From: Patescibacteria group bacterium
GTDB lineage: Bacteria; Patescibacteriota; Saccharimonadia; Saccharimonadales; JAZKJC01
Direction: 5' to 3'
Length of the DNA: 59,973 bases
NCBI GenBank assembly: GCA_040384565.1
Contig: JAZKJC010000011.1
Coordinates: 1-59,973, forward strand
Of this stretch, positions 9,529 through 17,660 are shown piece by piece. The translations under genes and the position numbers were made by a program. Under the pieces are notes generated by a model. It was not told where the DNA came from and made no database searches. It saw only the letters and a program-made list of their open reading frames with translations. Each line of letters starts with the position of its first letter. Position 1 is the stretch's first letter.

Positions 9529-9692
9529 TTTTAACCCCGGATTAAGCACGCAAAAAATAGTAGCTATAGGTGATTAACAAAGGTAAAAAAGGAAATTCCT
9601 CGAAAGTCATTATTTTGTGTAAGTTTGTTGTAATATAAAAATACTTTAGACCATGGTCTTATGCAGGCTTTGAAAAACTGATTGGCAGCTTT

Positions 9693-9882
9693 CAGGGGCA
9701 GACCGAATAGCTAACCCAAAGTCAGTCCTGGCCGGTTCCAAGATAAAGGCCAGGGCCGACCGAAGGGAGTTCTTTGGGTTACGGTCTGGTCCTGGTTAGG
9801 TGGCAGTAAGGTTTTTTGTCGCCTGTCGGCTTTTTCGGTTCATTTTTGCCGACCAAAAAGGAACTCGCCTGTCCGGCGAGTC
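9693..9882 (+). repeat. long structured palindromic element (hairpin plus TTCATTTTTG..CAAAAAGGAA end)
   Basis: Stem CAGGGGCAGACCG..TAACCCAAAG / CTTTGGGTTACGGTCTGGTCCTG, then terminal hairpins GTTCATTTTTG/CAAAAAGGAAC and CTCGCC/GGCGAG. Confidence 0.75.
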
Positions 9883-9898
9883 GGACCCCTAGAATAGT

Positions 9899-10972
9899 TT
9901 AGGAATCTTCATGTTTTATAGCCTCGACAACATCCTCCAACTTAGGCTCCGCATGCAGCGCTTTCTGATAAAAGTAATAGCCCACCGGCAGCTGCACCGC
10001 CATACTGACAATACGGAACATAACAGTTACAGGCAAACTCACGCTTATTGGCACACCGCCAGCCGTCATAACACCGGTCATAAGCGCTTCATAAATACCA
10101 ATTCCACCCGGCAGCACTGACACCAAGCCAGCAAAGTTGGCAATGGCATAAGCCAGCACAACCGCGCCAGGATTTACCAAGTGCCCAAACGCGATATAAA
10201 CCACATAAATAGCCGCGATCTCCGTCACATTTGCCAGCAGCGAAAACATTAGCGGCTTTTTGAGAGCACCGAGGTTACGCCTAATATGCATATAGTTTTC
10301 ATGCAGCTCGGTAAAAGTTTCCCTGGCCTTAGTTATATTGATTGTTTCTGGGTGGTTACGCCGAAAAACATAAATGATACGGTTAAGCAATCTGGTAACC
10401 AAGGTAAAAAAGCTGTTAATACGTGATTTGCTGCCAATTACAAAGGCAATTCCAACCGTTCCCACAAAAAGTAGCGTCGATAATGAGCCGGCCACCAAAA
10501 GTATCAAGCTGTTAGCTTTGTCACCAATTGCCAACATAATCAGTCCAATAAATAGCAGTATCTGGAACGATACAAACACCATAATGAACTTCATCATCTG
10601 CACCAGCGTGGCCTTGGCCGTAGACACTTTTTCCTCACGCATTCTATAACTCAAATACGAGAAGCCGCTTACGCCGCCAGATGGAAAAATATTGTTGACT
10701 AAGTTTAGCTCTAGTGCCAATCGGTAAAGCGATTTTGTACGAAACCGGTCACCTAAAATAGCAAATAACCCCTGATATAACTTAGCTTGGCCGTAATAGT
10801 TAAAAGCCTCAAGCGGAACTACCAAAAGCAATGCCCAAGTATTGACCTTGCCAAAGTTCTGAATGGTTTCAGCAATCTGGCCACGAACGGCATAAGCCGT
10901 TCCGGCAAGCGCCGCCAGCGTCACTAAAGTTAAGGCTATTTTCCAGCGTTTACGCCGCTGTTTGTCACTCAT
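9899..10972 (-). CDS. lysylphosphatidylglycerol synthase TM / flippase-like (UPF0104) protein
   Basis: NNIFPSGGVSG, PGGIGIYE, FRIVS..LPVG motifs; multi-TM. Confidence 0.88.
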   Translation of the reverse strand: MSDKQRRKRWKIALTLVTLAALAGTAYAVRGQIAETIQNFGKVNTWALLLVVPLEAFNYYGQAKLYQGLFAILGDRFRTKSLYRLALELNLVNNIFPSGGVSGFSYLSYRMREEKVSTAKATLVQMMKFIMVFVSFQILLFIGLIMLAIGDKANSLILLVAGSLSTLLFVGTVGIAFVIGSKSRINSFFTLVTRLLNRIIYVFRRNHPETINITKARETFTELHENYMHIRRNLGALKKPLMFSLLANVTEIAAIYVVYIAFGHLVNPGAVVLAYAIANFAGLVSVLPGGIGIYEALMTGVMTAGGVPISVSLPVTVMFRIVSMAVQLPVGYYFYQKALHAEPKLEDVVEAIKHEDS

Positions 10973-11062
10973 TGACTACATTATACTTAAAAACTATATA
11001 ACCTAAGCGAAAATTAGTTACACCCTTAAGAAAGCTGCAGAATAACTAATCAGATGTGCTCG

Positions 11063-11497
11063 CTATTTGTGGAGTGGCACTGGCGGGCAGATTTTTTTTA
11101 CGTCCACTACCATCGAGTCATCCTCCCTAGAATAGTCTAGGGCAATTGATAGCTTGCTCCCAGCATCGAGATTAAGCTCTGTATAGCCTTGATCCCACAG
11201 TTTCATGCTTACGAGTGCGTCTTCGGCACTGTCGCTTTCGCCAATTAGCAGTTCATTATCCTGCCTGTGAAGTAATAGATGGGGTACATTACCGCCTTTA
11301 TATTCGCGCAGGTTAGTTATGTTAACTTCTAATTCTTGGGTATTTTCAAGTCCGATTTTTTTTGATACAGATTTGCAACCATCTGAGCTCTCTTGACTAC
11401 ATGCAGCGGCAATTAACCCTATTGCAATTATTACAGCTCTTAATCCTCCTAGTGGTCTACGGCCCTCAATGGTCTGTCTTTTGCATGGTTCGGACAT
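11063..11497 (-). CDS. hypothetical (possible lipoprotein)
   Basis: Hydrophobic stretch ending IAAAC; SD AGGAG. Confidence 0.55.
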   Translation of the reverse strand: MSEPCKRQTIEGRRPLGGLRAVIIAIGLIAAACSQESSDGCKSVSKKIGLENTQELEVNITNLREYKGGNVPHLLLHRQDNELLIGESDSAEDALVSMKLWDQGYTELNLDAGSKLSIALDYSREDDSMVVDVKKICPPVPLHK

Positions 11498-11589
11498 TTT
11501 CTACTCCTATAGCTAATTTATTTTTATTTTAGTAACTATTTATGTTTCTGTCAATATTATTTCACATAATCTGTGGTACTCTAGAGCTT

Positions 11590-12840
11590 ATGACACAATC
11601 AATTGCCGTTTTGGGACGACAGCCCGCTCTAGGTATAGCCGAGCTGGAAAGCCTGTATGGAGCGGAAAAACTACACCCACTTGGCGATCAGGCCGCCCTA
11701 ATAGATATTGACCCAGCAGAAATATCTTTTAGCAGATTAGGCGGCACAATCAAACTTGCCCGGCTGGTAACCATAATTGACAGCACCGATTGGAAGCAAG
11801 TCGAGCAGCATCTGTCTGAAAGCGCAGCCAAACACAGCACTTTTTTGCCAGATGGCAAAATGAGCTTTGGGCTAAGTGTGTATGGGCTGGATGTGAGCCC
11901 TGCCCGCATTAATGCCACCGCTTTAAGCGTCAAAAAACTCATCAAAGCCACCGGACGTCCGGTGCGGGTAGTGCCCAACAAAACGCCAGACTTATCAAGC
12001 GCGCAAGTGCTGCATAATGGCCTGAATGGCGAGAGAGCCTGGGAATTATTATTTATCCGGCACGGTCAGCAAACATATATGGCCCAAACTACAAACGTAC
12101 AGGATATAACCGCCTACGCCGCCCGCGATCAAGCTCGCCCAAAGCGTGATGCCCGGGTCGGCATGCTGCCACCTAAGCTGGCACAAATCATTATCAACTT
12201 GGCTGTCGGCCAGGTTGAGGAGAACGAAGAACGGAGAACGGAGAATGGAGAAGTCGGAACTGTAGCTGTTCGTCATTCCTCATTCCTCGTTCCTCGTTCG
12301 TTGACAGTGCTTGATCCGTTTTGTGGGACGGGGGTTGTGCTGCAGGAGGCGCTGTTGATGGGGTACAAAACTTATGGTACTGACCTAGAACCCAGGATGG
12401 TCGAATACTCCAAGACAAATCTTGACTGGCTTTCTACCGTCTACCGTCTACCGTCTACCGTCTACAACCTTGAAGCCGCCGATGCAACCAATCACAAATG
12501 GGATCGTTTTGATACAATTGCCGCAGAAGCTTACCTGGGCCGTGCCTTTTCCGCCCTGCCCCGCCCTGAAATTCTGCGGGAAGTTATGAGTGATGTTAAT
12601 GCGATTATCAAAATGTTCCTGCAAAATGTCACCCGCCAAACCAGCCCGGGCTTTAGGATGTGCATTGCCGTTCCTGCCTGGAAGACTGCTCACAGCTTTG
12701 CACATCTGAAACTACTTGATAATCTGACAGATTTGGGGTATACTCGGGCGGTATTTACTCATGTGGCTAGTGCGGAGCTGATCTATCACAGACCAGAACA
12801 AATCGTCGCCCGTGAATTAGTAGTGCTGGTTCGAAAATGA
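11590..12840 (+). CDS. TRM11/TrmG10-like RNA methyltransferase carrying two heptamer-repeat segments
   Basis: RDQARPKRDARVGMLPPKLAQI, LDPFCGTGVVLQEA; start MTQSIA. Confidence 0.85.
   Translation: MTQSIAVLGRQPALGIAELESLYGAEKLHPLGDQAALIDIDPAEISFSRLGGTIKLARLVTIIDSTDWKQVEQHLSESAAKHSTFLPDGKMSFGLSVYGLDVSPARINATALSVKKLIKATGRPVRVVPNKTPDLSSAQVLHNGLNGERAWELLFIRHGQQTYMAQTTNVQDITAYAARDQARPKRDARVGMLPPKLAQIIINLAVGQVEENEERRTENGEVGTVAVRHSSFLVPRSLTVLDPFCGTGVVLQEALLMGYKTYGTDLEPRMVEYSKTNLDWLSTVYRLPSTVYNLEAADATNHKWDRFDTIAAEAYLGRAFSALPRPEILREVMSDVNAIIKMFLQNVTRQTSPGFRMCIAVPAWKTAHSFAHLKLLDNLTDLGYTRAVFTHVASAELIYHRPEQIVARELVVLVRK
12220..12300. repeat. in-frame inverted heptamer element
   Basis: (GAGAACG)-type x5 then (TTCCTCG)-type x4.5; encodes ENEERRTENGE...RHSSFLVPRS. 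Confidence 0.9.
12433..12465. repeat. in-frame heptamer tandem repeat (TCTACCG)x4+
   Basis: Four perfect units plus TCTAC; encodes STVYRLPSTVY. Confidence 0.95.
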
Positions 12841-12870
12841 TAAATGGTAAATGTAAATTAGGTAAATGAT
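12834..12870. repeat. degenerate heptamer repeat (TAAATGG-type) before rpmA
   Basis: AAATGA TAAATGG TAAATG TAAATTAGG TAAATGA. Confidence 0.6.
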
Positions 12871-12872
12871 CC

Positions 12873-13145
12873 ATGTCACACGTCAAAGCAGGTGGAACTA
12901 GTAAAAACAACAAAGATAGTCCTGGGCAAAGGCTTGGCGTCAAACTTTTTGGTGGCCAGCCAGTCAAAACTGGCCAAATTATCGTCCGCCAGACAGGTTC
13001 CACCAAGCGCGCCGGCAACGGTACATTCCTAAGCCGTAACTACACAATCCACGCAGCCAAAGACGGCATAGTCAAATTCGGTGAGCGCCGAGTCAGACTA
13101 TTCAGTGGCAGATCAGTCCGCCGCACCGAAGTCACCGTCGAATAA
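12873..13145 (+). CDS. rpmA: 50S ribosomal protein L27
   Basis: SHVKAGGTSKN.KDS.GQRLGVK...GQIIVRQ.G. Confidence 0.97.
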   Translation: MSHVKAGGTSKNNKDSPGQRLGVKLFGGQPVKTGQIIVRQTGSTKRAGNGTFLSRNYTIHAAKDGIVKFGERRVRLFSGRSVRRTEVTVE

Positions 13146-13156
13146 CAATAAAATTC

Positions 13157-13278
13157 CTCTCTTTCGACAAATGGTGCAGTCTGGTTGAAAAATGAGCACT
13201 GAAGCGCAGCGTATTTTAAGGTACGTGAGCATCGGAGCGCAAGTTTTCGGCCGGAATGTGCCGTTTGTCGAAAGAGAG
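13157..13278. repeat. ~120-bp long palindromic element, copy B
   Basis: Outer stem CTCTCTTTCGACAAA/TTTGTCGAAAGAGAG; shared ATGGTGCAGT..GGCCGGAA core. Confidence 0.88.
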
Positions 13279-13280
13279 TT

Positions 13281-15065
13281 TCAGTTTCCGAAGTAATTTT
13301 CTAATTGAGTGGTTACGCTCGATATTCCCGTCCAGTAACCACCAGTGCTCATAAGTACCAACGCATATGTTTTGCTTTTGCCATACACTATACCAGCATC
13401 ATTGAAGTAACCCGGAACATAGCCGACTTTGTTGGCCACAGCTGAACGGGCGCCCTTGGGGATACCACTCCGATATGACTGGCGTTTCATTGCGCTAATG
13501 AGCCTATCACTCAGGTCACTTTGCACCAACGTTTTATTGTTTAATTGCTTCAGTAGCTTCATCAAATCTTGGACACTGGTTTTTTTGTCGCCGTTAAATG
13601 TTCCGTTAGGATTATAATTATTTAGGCGCGTGTTGCTATACCCAAGCGCTTGCAGACGTTCGTCAATAGTTGCCCATCCCATAGTCTGGGCTAGCGAAAT
13701 CGCACAGCGGTCTTGGCTGTGTACGATCATCTGCTCAAAGCAATGATCGACAGTTTGACCAGTTGACAGAACTGTTTCCCACTGCATTCTTCCGTCACTC
13801 AAATACTCAAACAGCACATTTGCCACAAATAATTTATAAAGGCTGGCGGAAACGGTTGGTACATCACCACCTATAGAGGCTGCGCGTCCATCGTCACTAG
13901 AAAGCACTTCAACACTGCCGTAATAACGGCCGGAGACACCTTGCAAGGCATTTGTCAGCAAGGCCTGCAGGCCTTTGCTTGTCTGTGAATACTGATATTG
14001 ATTAACCTGACCGGGCTGGATGGTAGCAATGGTGACGGTAATGGTTTCCTCAACAGCATCAGAAAGTAAGGCTTTTTTGAGCTCTTGCAAAGTTTGGTCG
14101 GCAACAATGGCCTGCCCTTGCCTGCCTTCGGCTACTAACTGGATTTCATTGTCCAGGTAGCTGGCTTGGGCGGGAATACCCCCCGCTTCGACATGCTTTT
14201 TAAGTGAATCTATGTACTCACTTGCTGTCGCATCCTCAATAGCTACTGCTGGTACTTCGTCAACTCCGCCGGTTATTGACACCCAGTTTTGCAGGTCAGC
14301 ACTCGTTAAGGTCTGAGTAAAATTTCCAGCCGTAATAGTAAGTTTTTTGTTTAAAATTTTGGTGGCGGTTTTTTGGGGTTCATTTAGATGCCCACTGACG
14401 ACTTTTGGAATCAACTTCTTTATGGGTAGAACAATGTCAGCACTACCATGGCTAGCGGTTTGTTCCACCTGGCCCGGTAAAGCCAAAGTATCAATTTGCA
14501 CACCGTATTTTTCAGGTACAATTATTGCTTGCTCTTTGTCTATTACAAGCACGGCATTAACCGGTTGTTCAGAAAATAGCTCCTGCAGTTGAGGCGTAAT
14601 TGTCGCTAGTTGTTTAGCGTCCAAATTTTTGATACTGTTACTGAGTTTTTTTGTACGAAATATAGAAAACGGAACAAAGCGCTGCTTTAACGGATAATCA
14701 GTTAAGGCTTTGGCAGTTTTGTCACCATCTATAGTCAAGCCCATTTTTTCTAGCAGATACGGTGTCTTGCTGCCATCTGCTGCTAGTAAATCAATTTGCT
14801 TAGGACCGTTTTGGGCTGCAGTGCTGATGCGGGCAGCCGTGGCAAAGCCCAGCTTGTTTTGGCCAAGGGATGTCCTTGGTGTACTGATGCCAGTCGGATA
14901 CAGCAATTGGGTGACAACCACAAGGCCTAAAAAAGCGGTGACATATCCCGCTGCATACAGCAGCCAAACTCCACGAAACCGTAAATAAAGCCTATCAGCA
15001 GCGTTCAAACCAGCCTGAAAAGCCATAAATGAAAAGTTGCGATGTGACTTACTATTATGTGCCAT
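13281..15065 (-). CDS. membrane-anchored serine hydrolase (class A beta-lactamase-like) with N-terminal putative peptidoglycan-binding region
   Basis: SxxK (ASLYK), SQD, KVG, NDAGIVY motifs; N-terminal TM and VanW/YoaR-like repeats. Confidence 0.8.
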   Translation of the reverse strand: MAHNSKSHRNFSFMAFQAGLNAADRLYLRFRGVWLLYAAGYVTAFLGLVVVTQLLYPTGISTPRTSLGQNKLGFATAARISTAAQNGPKQIDLLAADGSKTPYLLEKMGLTIDGDKTAKALTDYPLKQRFVPFSIFRTKKLSNSIKNLDAKQLATITPQLQELFSEQPVNAVLVIDKEQAIIVPEKYGVQIDTLALPGQVEQTASHGSADIVLPIKKLIPKVVSGHLNEPQKTATKILNKKLTITAGNFTQTLTSADLQNWVSITGGVDEVPAVAIEDATASEYIDSLKKHVEAGGIPAQASYLDNEIQLVAEGRQGQAIVADQTLQELKKALLSDAVEETITVTIATIQPGQVNQYQYSQTSKGLQALLTNALQGVSGRYYGSVEVLSSDDGRAASIGGDVPTVSASLYKLFVANVLFEYLSDGRMQWETVLSTGQTVDHCFEQMIVHSQDRCAISLAQTMGWATIDERLQALGYSNTRLNNYNPNGTFNGDKKTSVQDLMKLLKQLNNKTLVQSDLSDRLISAMKRQSYRSGIPKGARSAVANKVGYVPGYFNDAGIVYGKSKTYALVLMSTGGYWTGISSVTTQLENYFGN

Positions 15066-15088
15066 TTTTATATTTATTTAACCTTTTA

Positions 15089-15117
15089 ATTATAGCACAA
15101 GCTTTGTAATAAGTCAA
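15089..15117 (-). promoter_or_regulatory. sigma70 promoter with shared AAAGCTTGTG box
   Basis: TTGACT-17-TATAAT; same spacer motif at 15639-15667 and 16865-16893. Confidence 0.75.
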
Positions 15118-15157
15118 TTATATTTGCATACTCTTTTCTATTGCATTGAAAGGTTAC

Positions 15158-15218
15158 CAATGGCACATTCTTAAGTCGCAATTACACCCTCCACGCAGCC
15201 AAAGACGGCGTCGAATAG
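15158..15218 (+). pseudogene. rpmA: rpmA 3' fragment relic
   Basis: Encodes NGTFLSRNYTLHAAKDG then VE-stop; 44/52 nt identical to 13016-13067. Confidence 0.85.
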
Positions 15219-15237
15219 TATAAGTTTGGTGCGATGC

Positions 15238-15603
15238 CTATGTCAGGTTGTGGACTCTGGGTGGTAAGCCAGCTCTTTCACGATTAATTCGGTCTGCCCT
15301 AGCTATACCAATCTGCCTTTCTGCTTCTCTCCTAGCGTCAAAACCAGTGTTATAGCGTGGTACGGGTGGTTGCGGTATCTCAGCTTTACTGAAATCATAA
15401 GGCTGCTTGGCAGGTTCGGAAGCTTCTAAGGATTTATCAGCAGGTTGCTCTTCTGTAGACAAAGCTAAGCCAGCAACTATTCGCCTAACCTCTGCCCTAG
15501 GTATACGATGTTGGCTCACGCCCATATCTAACTCAGCAGCATTAGGTACATGGGTAATAATATTCGGATCCGTTGGTTGTGGTGGTTGATTTGGATTGCT
15601 CAT
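15238..15603 (-). CDS. hypothetical protein
   Basis: 121-aa Pro-rich ORF with its own promoter. Confidence 0.6.
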   Translation of the reverse strand: MSNPNQPPQPTDPNIITHVPNAAELDMGVSQHRIPRAEVRRIVAGLALSTEEQPADKSLEASEPAKQPYDFSKAEIPQPPVPRYNTGFDARREAERQIGIARADRINRERAGLPPRVHNLT

Positions 15604-15638
15604 TTTTAATTCTTTTTTCTTTTAAATGATACAGTCTT

Positions 15639-15667
15639 ATATTAGCACAAGCTTTGTAAAAAGTCAA
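15639..15667 (-). promoter_or_regulatory. sigma70 promoter with shared AAAGCTTGTG box
   Basis: TTGACT-17-TAATAT. Confidence 0.7.
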
Positions 15668-15711
15668 CTTAGTTATAATTTTAAATTTTAAACTGACGCA
15701 TATTCTAGCTC

Positions 15712-16842
15712 TCACCCGTTAACGGGCACGCTGAAACGACCGGCGTCATACATGGCTGTCAAAACCAGTGCTCTCTTGGCAATTGCCTGGCTGAGTTCTG
15801 GTAGTTCTGCTTGCATAAGTGGGGTATCAGGAGCAAGGATTTCTGTTACCGTTTCGGGTGTTAGGCTACGTATGACATCAAAATAGCCATTAAAGTCAGA
15901 ATCTTGTGCCGGAGTACTTGACCAACCCGTTCGATCATAAAATGAAGCTTCACCAGGCTCACTAAAGTAGCTATCTAATGCTTCACTCCAGGTACCAAAT
16001 CGAGTCCTGCCATCCTTATAGATCAGCTTTGACCCAACTCCAAGATCCTGCGCATAATACCTGCCCGTCTCTTGATCAACAATACCCTGGTTGGCGCCAT
16101 CACCAAAACTACCAATTAAAGCATTGAAAATACCCCTAAACGCAACATCGTTAGGGTTCGTTATATCTGCCCGGTCCGGGAACATATCTAATCTACTGCT
16201 ACTAGTGTAATATGAGTGGTCTAACGCGTTTGGGATAAAGCGGTAGCCTAGGTGTGGCTTGGATCTGCCGCCCCAATCTTCATCTTCCATGTCGGGCTGA
16301 ATAAGCTTTGTTTCTGGTACCGAGTACCCCAAGGCACAGGCCATTCGATACGCCAGTACTTCCGACTCAGCAACTTGCATATTAAGTACATTATGCATCA
16401 CCTGCGGATCATTTGTTTGAGGTCCGCCATAGTCTGCAGCTTTCAACAACCAGGTTTGTTGATCCTCGTCGGTTACAACTCGAAAGTCACGTTCACTAAC
16501 ACCGCGTAAGAAAGGATCATTTTCCTTTAGAAATCTTTTATTGCTTGGGCTTGTTTTTAATTTTATTCTTTTATACCCCAGCTGTTCAGCTAGGTTATCG
16601 CCAGCACCATCAAGCAAGGCGGCTGCATCGGCAACTTCTTTATCTGTTGTTGGCCGGTTTTGTCCATACCAGCTAATGTAGCTTTTTATATTTGCAGCTA
16701 CCGTTTTGACAGTGGCTTTTTGTTCTCCTACATTTCCTCTTCGCTGCCTGGAAAAAATGTGTCTTAAACCATGCGCAACCTTAGGCCGTTTTGTCGTATG
16801 TACTGGCTGCTCGCTGTTACTGGGGGTACGTTTTTCTGTCAT
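15712..16842 (-). CDS. hypothetical protein with HipA/PI3K-like kinase-fold features
   Basis: WLLK...SEVLAYRMACALGYSVPET...FNALIG..D..N...QDLG. Confidence 0.55.
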   Translation of the reverse strand: MTEKRTPSNSEQPVHTTKRPKVAHGLRHIFSRQRRGNVGEQKATVKTVAANIKSYISWYGQNRPTTDKEVADAAALLDGAGDNLAEQLGYKRIKLKTSPSNKRFLKENDPFLRGVSERDFRVVTDEDQQTWLLKAADYGGPQTNDPQVMHNVLNMQVAESEVLAYRMACALGYSVPETKLIQPDMEDEDWGGRSKPHLGYRFIPNALDHSYYTSSSRLDMFPDRADITNPNDVAFRGIFNALIGSFGDGANQGIVDQETGRYYAQDLGVGSKLIYKDGRTRFGTWSEALDSYFSEPGEASFYDRTGWSSTPAQDSDFNGYFDVIRSLTPETVTEILAPDTPLMQAELPELSQAIAKRALVLTAMYDAGRFSVPVNG

Positions 16843-16864
16843 TTTTTTTCACTTAACAGATACA

Positions 16865-16893
16865 ATAATAACACAAGCTTTATTAAATGTCAA
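16865..16893 (-). promoter_or_regulatory. sigma70 promoter with shared AAAGCTTGTG box
   Basis: TTGACA-17-TATTAT. Confidence 0.65.
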
Positions 16894-16927
16894 CTGTAGT
16901 TATTGATACACTTACTATACGGACCAA

Positions 16928-17048
16928 GGGCTTGCGTAAAATGGTGCAGTTTCGGTTAAAACTGAGTACCGAAGCGGAGGCGCACTTCTGGTGCGTTGAG
17001 CATTGGAACGGAAGTTTTGGCCGGAAATGTGCGGTTTTACGCAAGCCC
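16928..17048. repeat. ~120-bp long palindromic element, copy C (overlaps response regulator stop)
   Basis: Outer stem GGGCTTGCGTAAAA/TTTTACGCAAGCCC; near-identical core to copy A. Confidence 0.9.
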
Positions 17049-17444
17049 AAGGTGGGATTTGATGCGGTCTACTACGTCGGCTATCACCACTTGCGATTTG
17101 ACTAGATAATCGTCCACTCCAAGAGATTCGGCACGTTCTTTATCACTATCTTGGCTGAGGGCGGTTAGCATGACGATTTTTACTTTGGCGGTTTCTGGCG
17201 TGTTGCGCAAAATATCCAGGACATCAAAGCCGCTGACTTTGGGCATCATAACATCTAGCAATATCAGGTCTGGCTTATATTCTAAGGCTGAAGCTAAAGC
17301 ATCCTCGCCATTTGGAACACGGCGTACGGTAAAGCCTTCGGCCTGTAGACGTGTTTCGTAGACGCTAGCGAGCGAGTCGTCGTCCTCAACTAATAAAATT
17401 TTCTTATTACCAGCAGTGGTTGGGGGTGTTTGTTGATTATCCAT
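17037..17444 (-). CDS. single-domain response regulator (canonical)
   Basis: ILLVEDD, LILLDVMMP, LTA, YLVK. Confidence 0.93.
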   Translation of the reverse strand: MDNQQTPPTTAGNKKILLVEDDDSLASVYETRLQAEGFTVRRVPNGEDALASALEYKPDLILLDVMMPKVSGFDVLDILRNTPETAKVKIVMLTALSQDSDKERAESLGVDDYLVKSQVVIADVVDRIKSHLGLA

Positions 17445-17552
17445 AAGTGTTATGGTACAGGAAAATTTAACAATTTACCAATTCTCATTTTCCAATTGTT
17501 TTTCATTTGCCATTTACCAGTGAAGCTAGAATAGCAGATGGCAAGAACTAGT

Positions 17553-17660
17553 CTGTTTACGGTTTACAATTTACCGTTCACTGTAGGTTTACCTTGAGCT
17601 GTTTACCATGGAAAACCGAAAAAGGAAAACGCAAAGTGAACGGAAAACAGTAAATAGCTA
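17553..17660. repeat. ORF-less heptamer hairpin element (four-helix-cassette family) at the pyrG stop
   Basis: 17625-17654 is an exact 30-nt reverse complement of 26388-26417. Confidence 0.88.

Noticed and set aside
16887-17105. 72-aa plus-strand ORF
   Set aside because: It is a translation of palindrome copy C and the antisense of the regulator.
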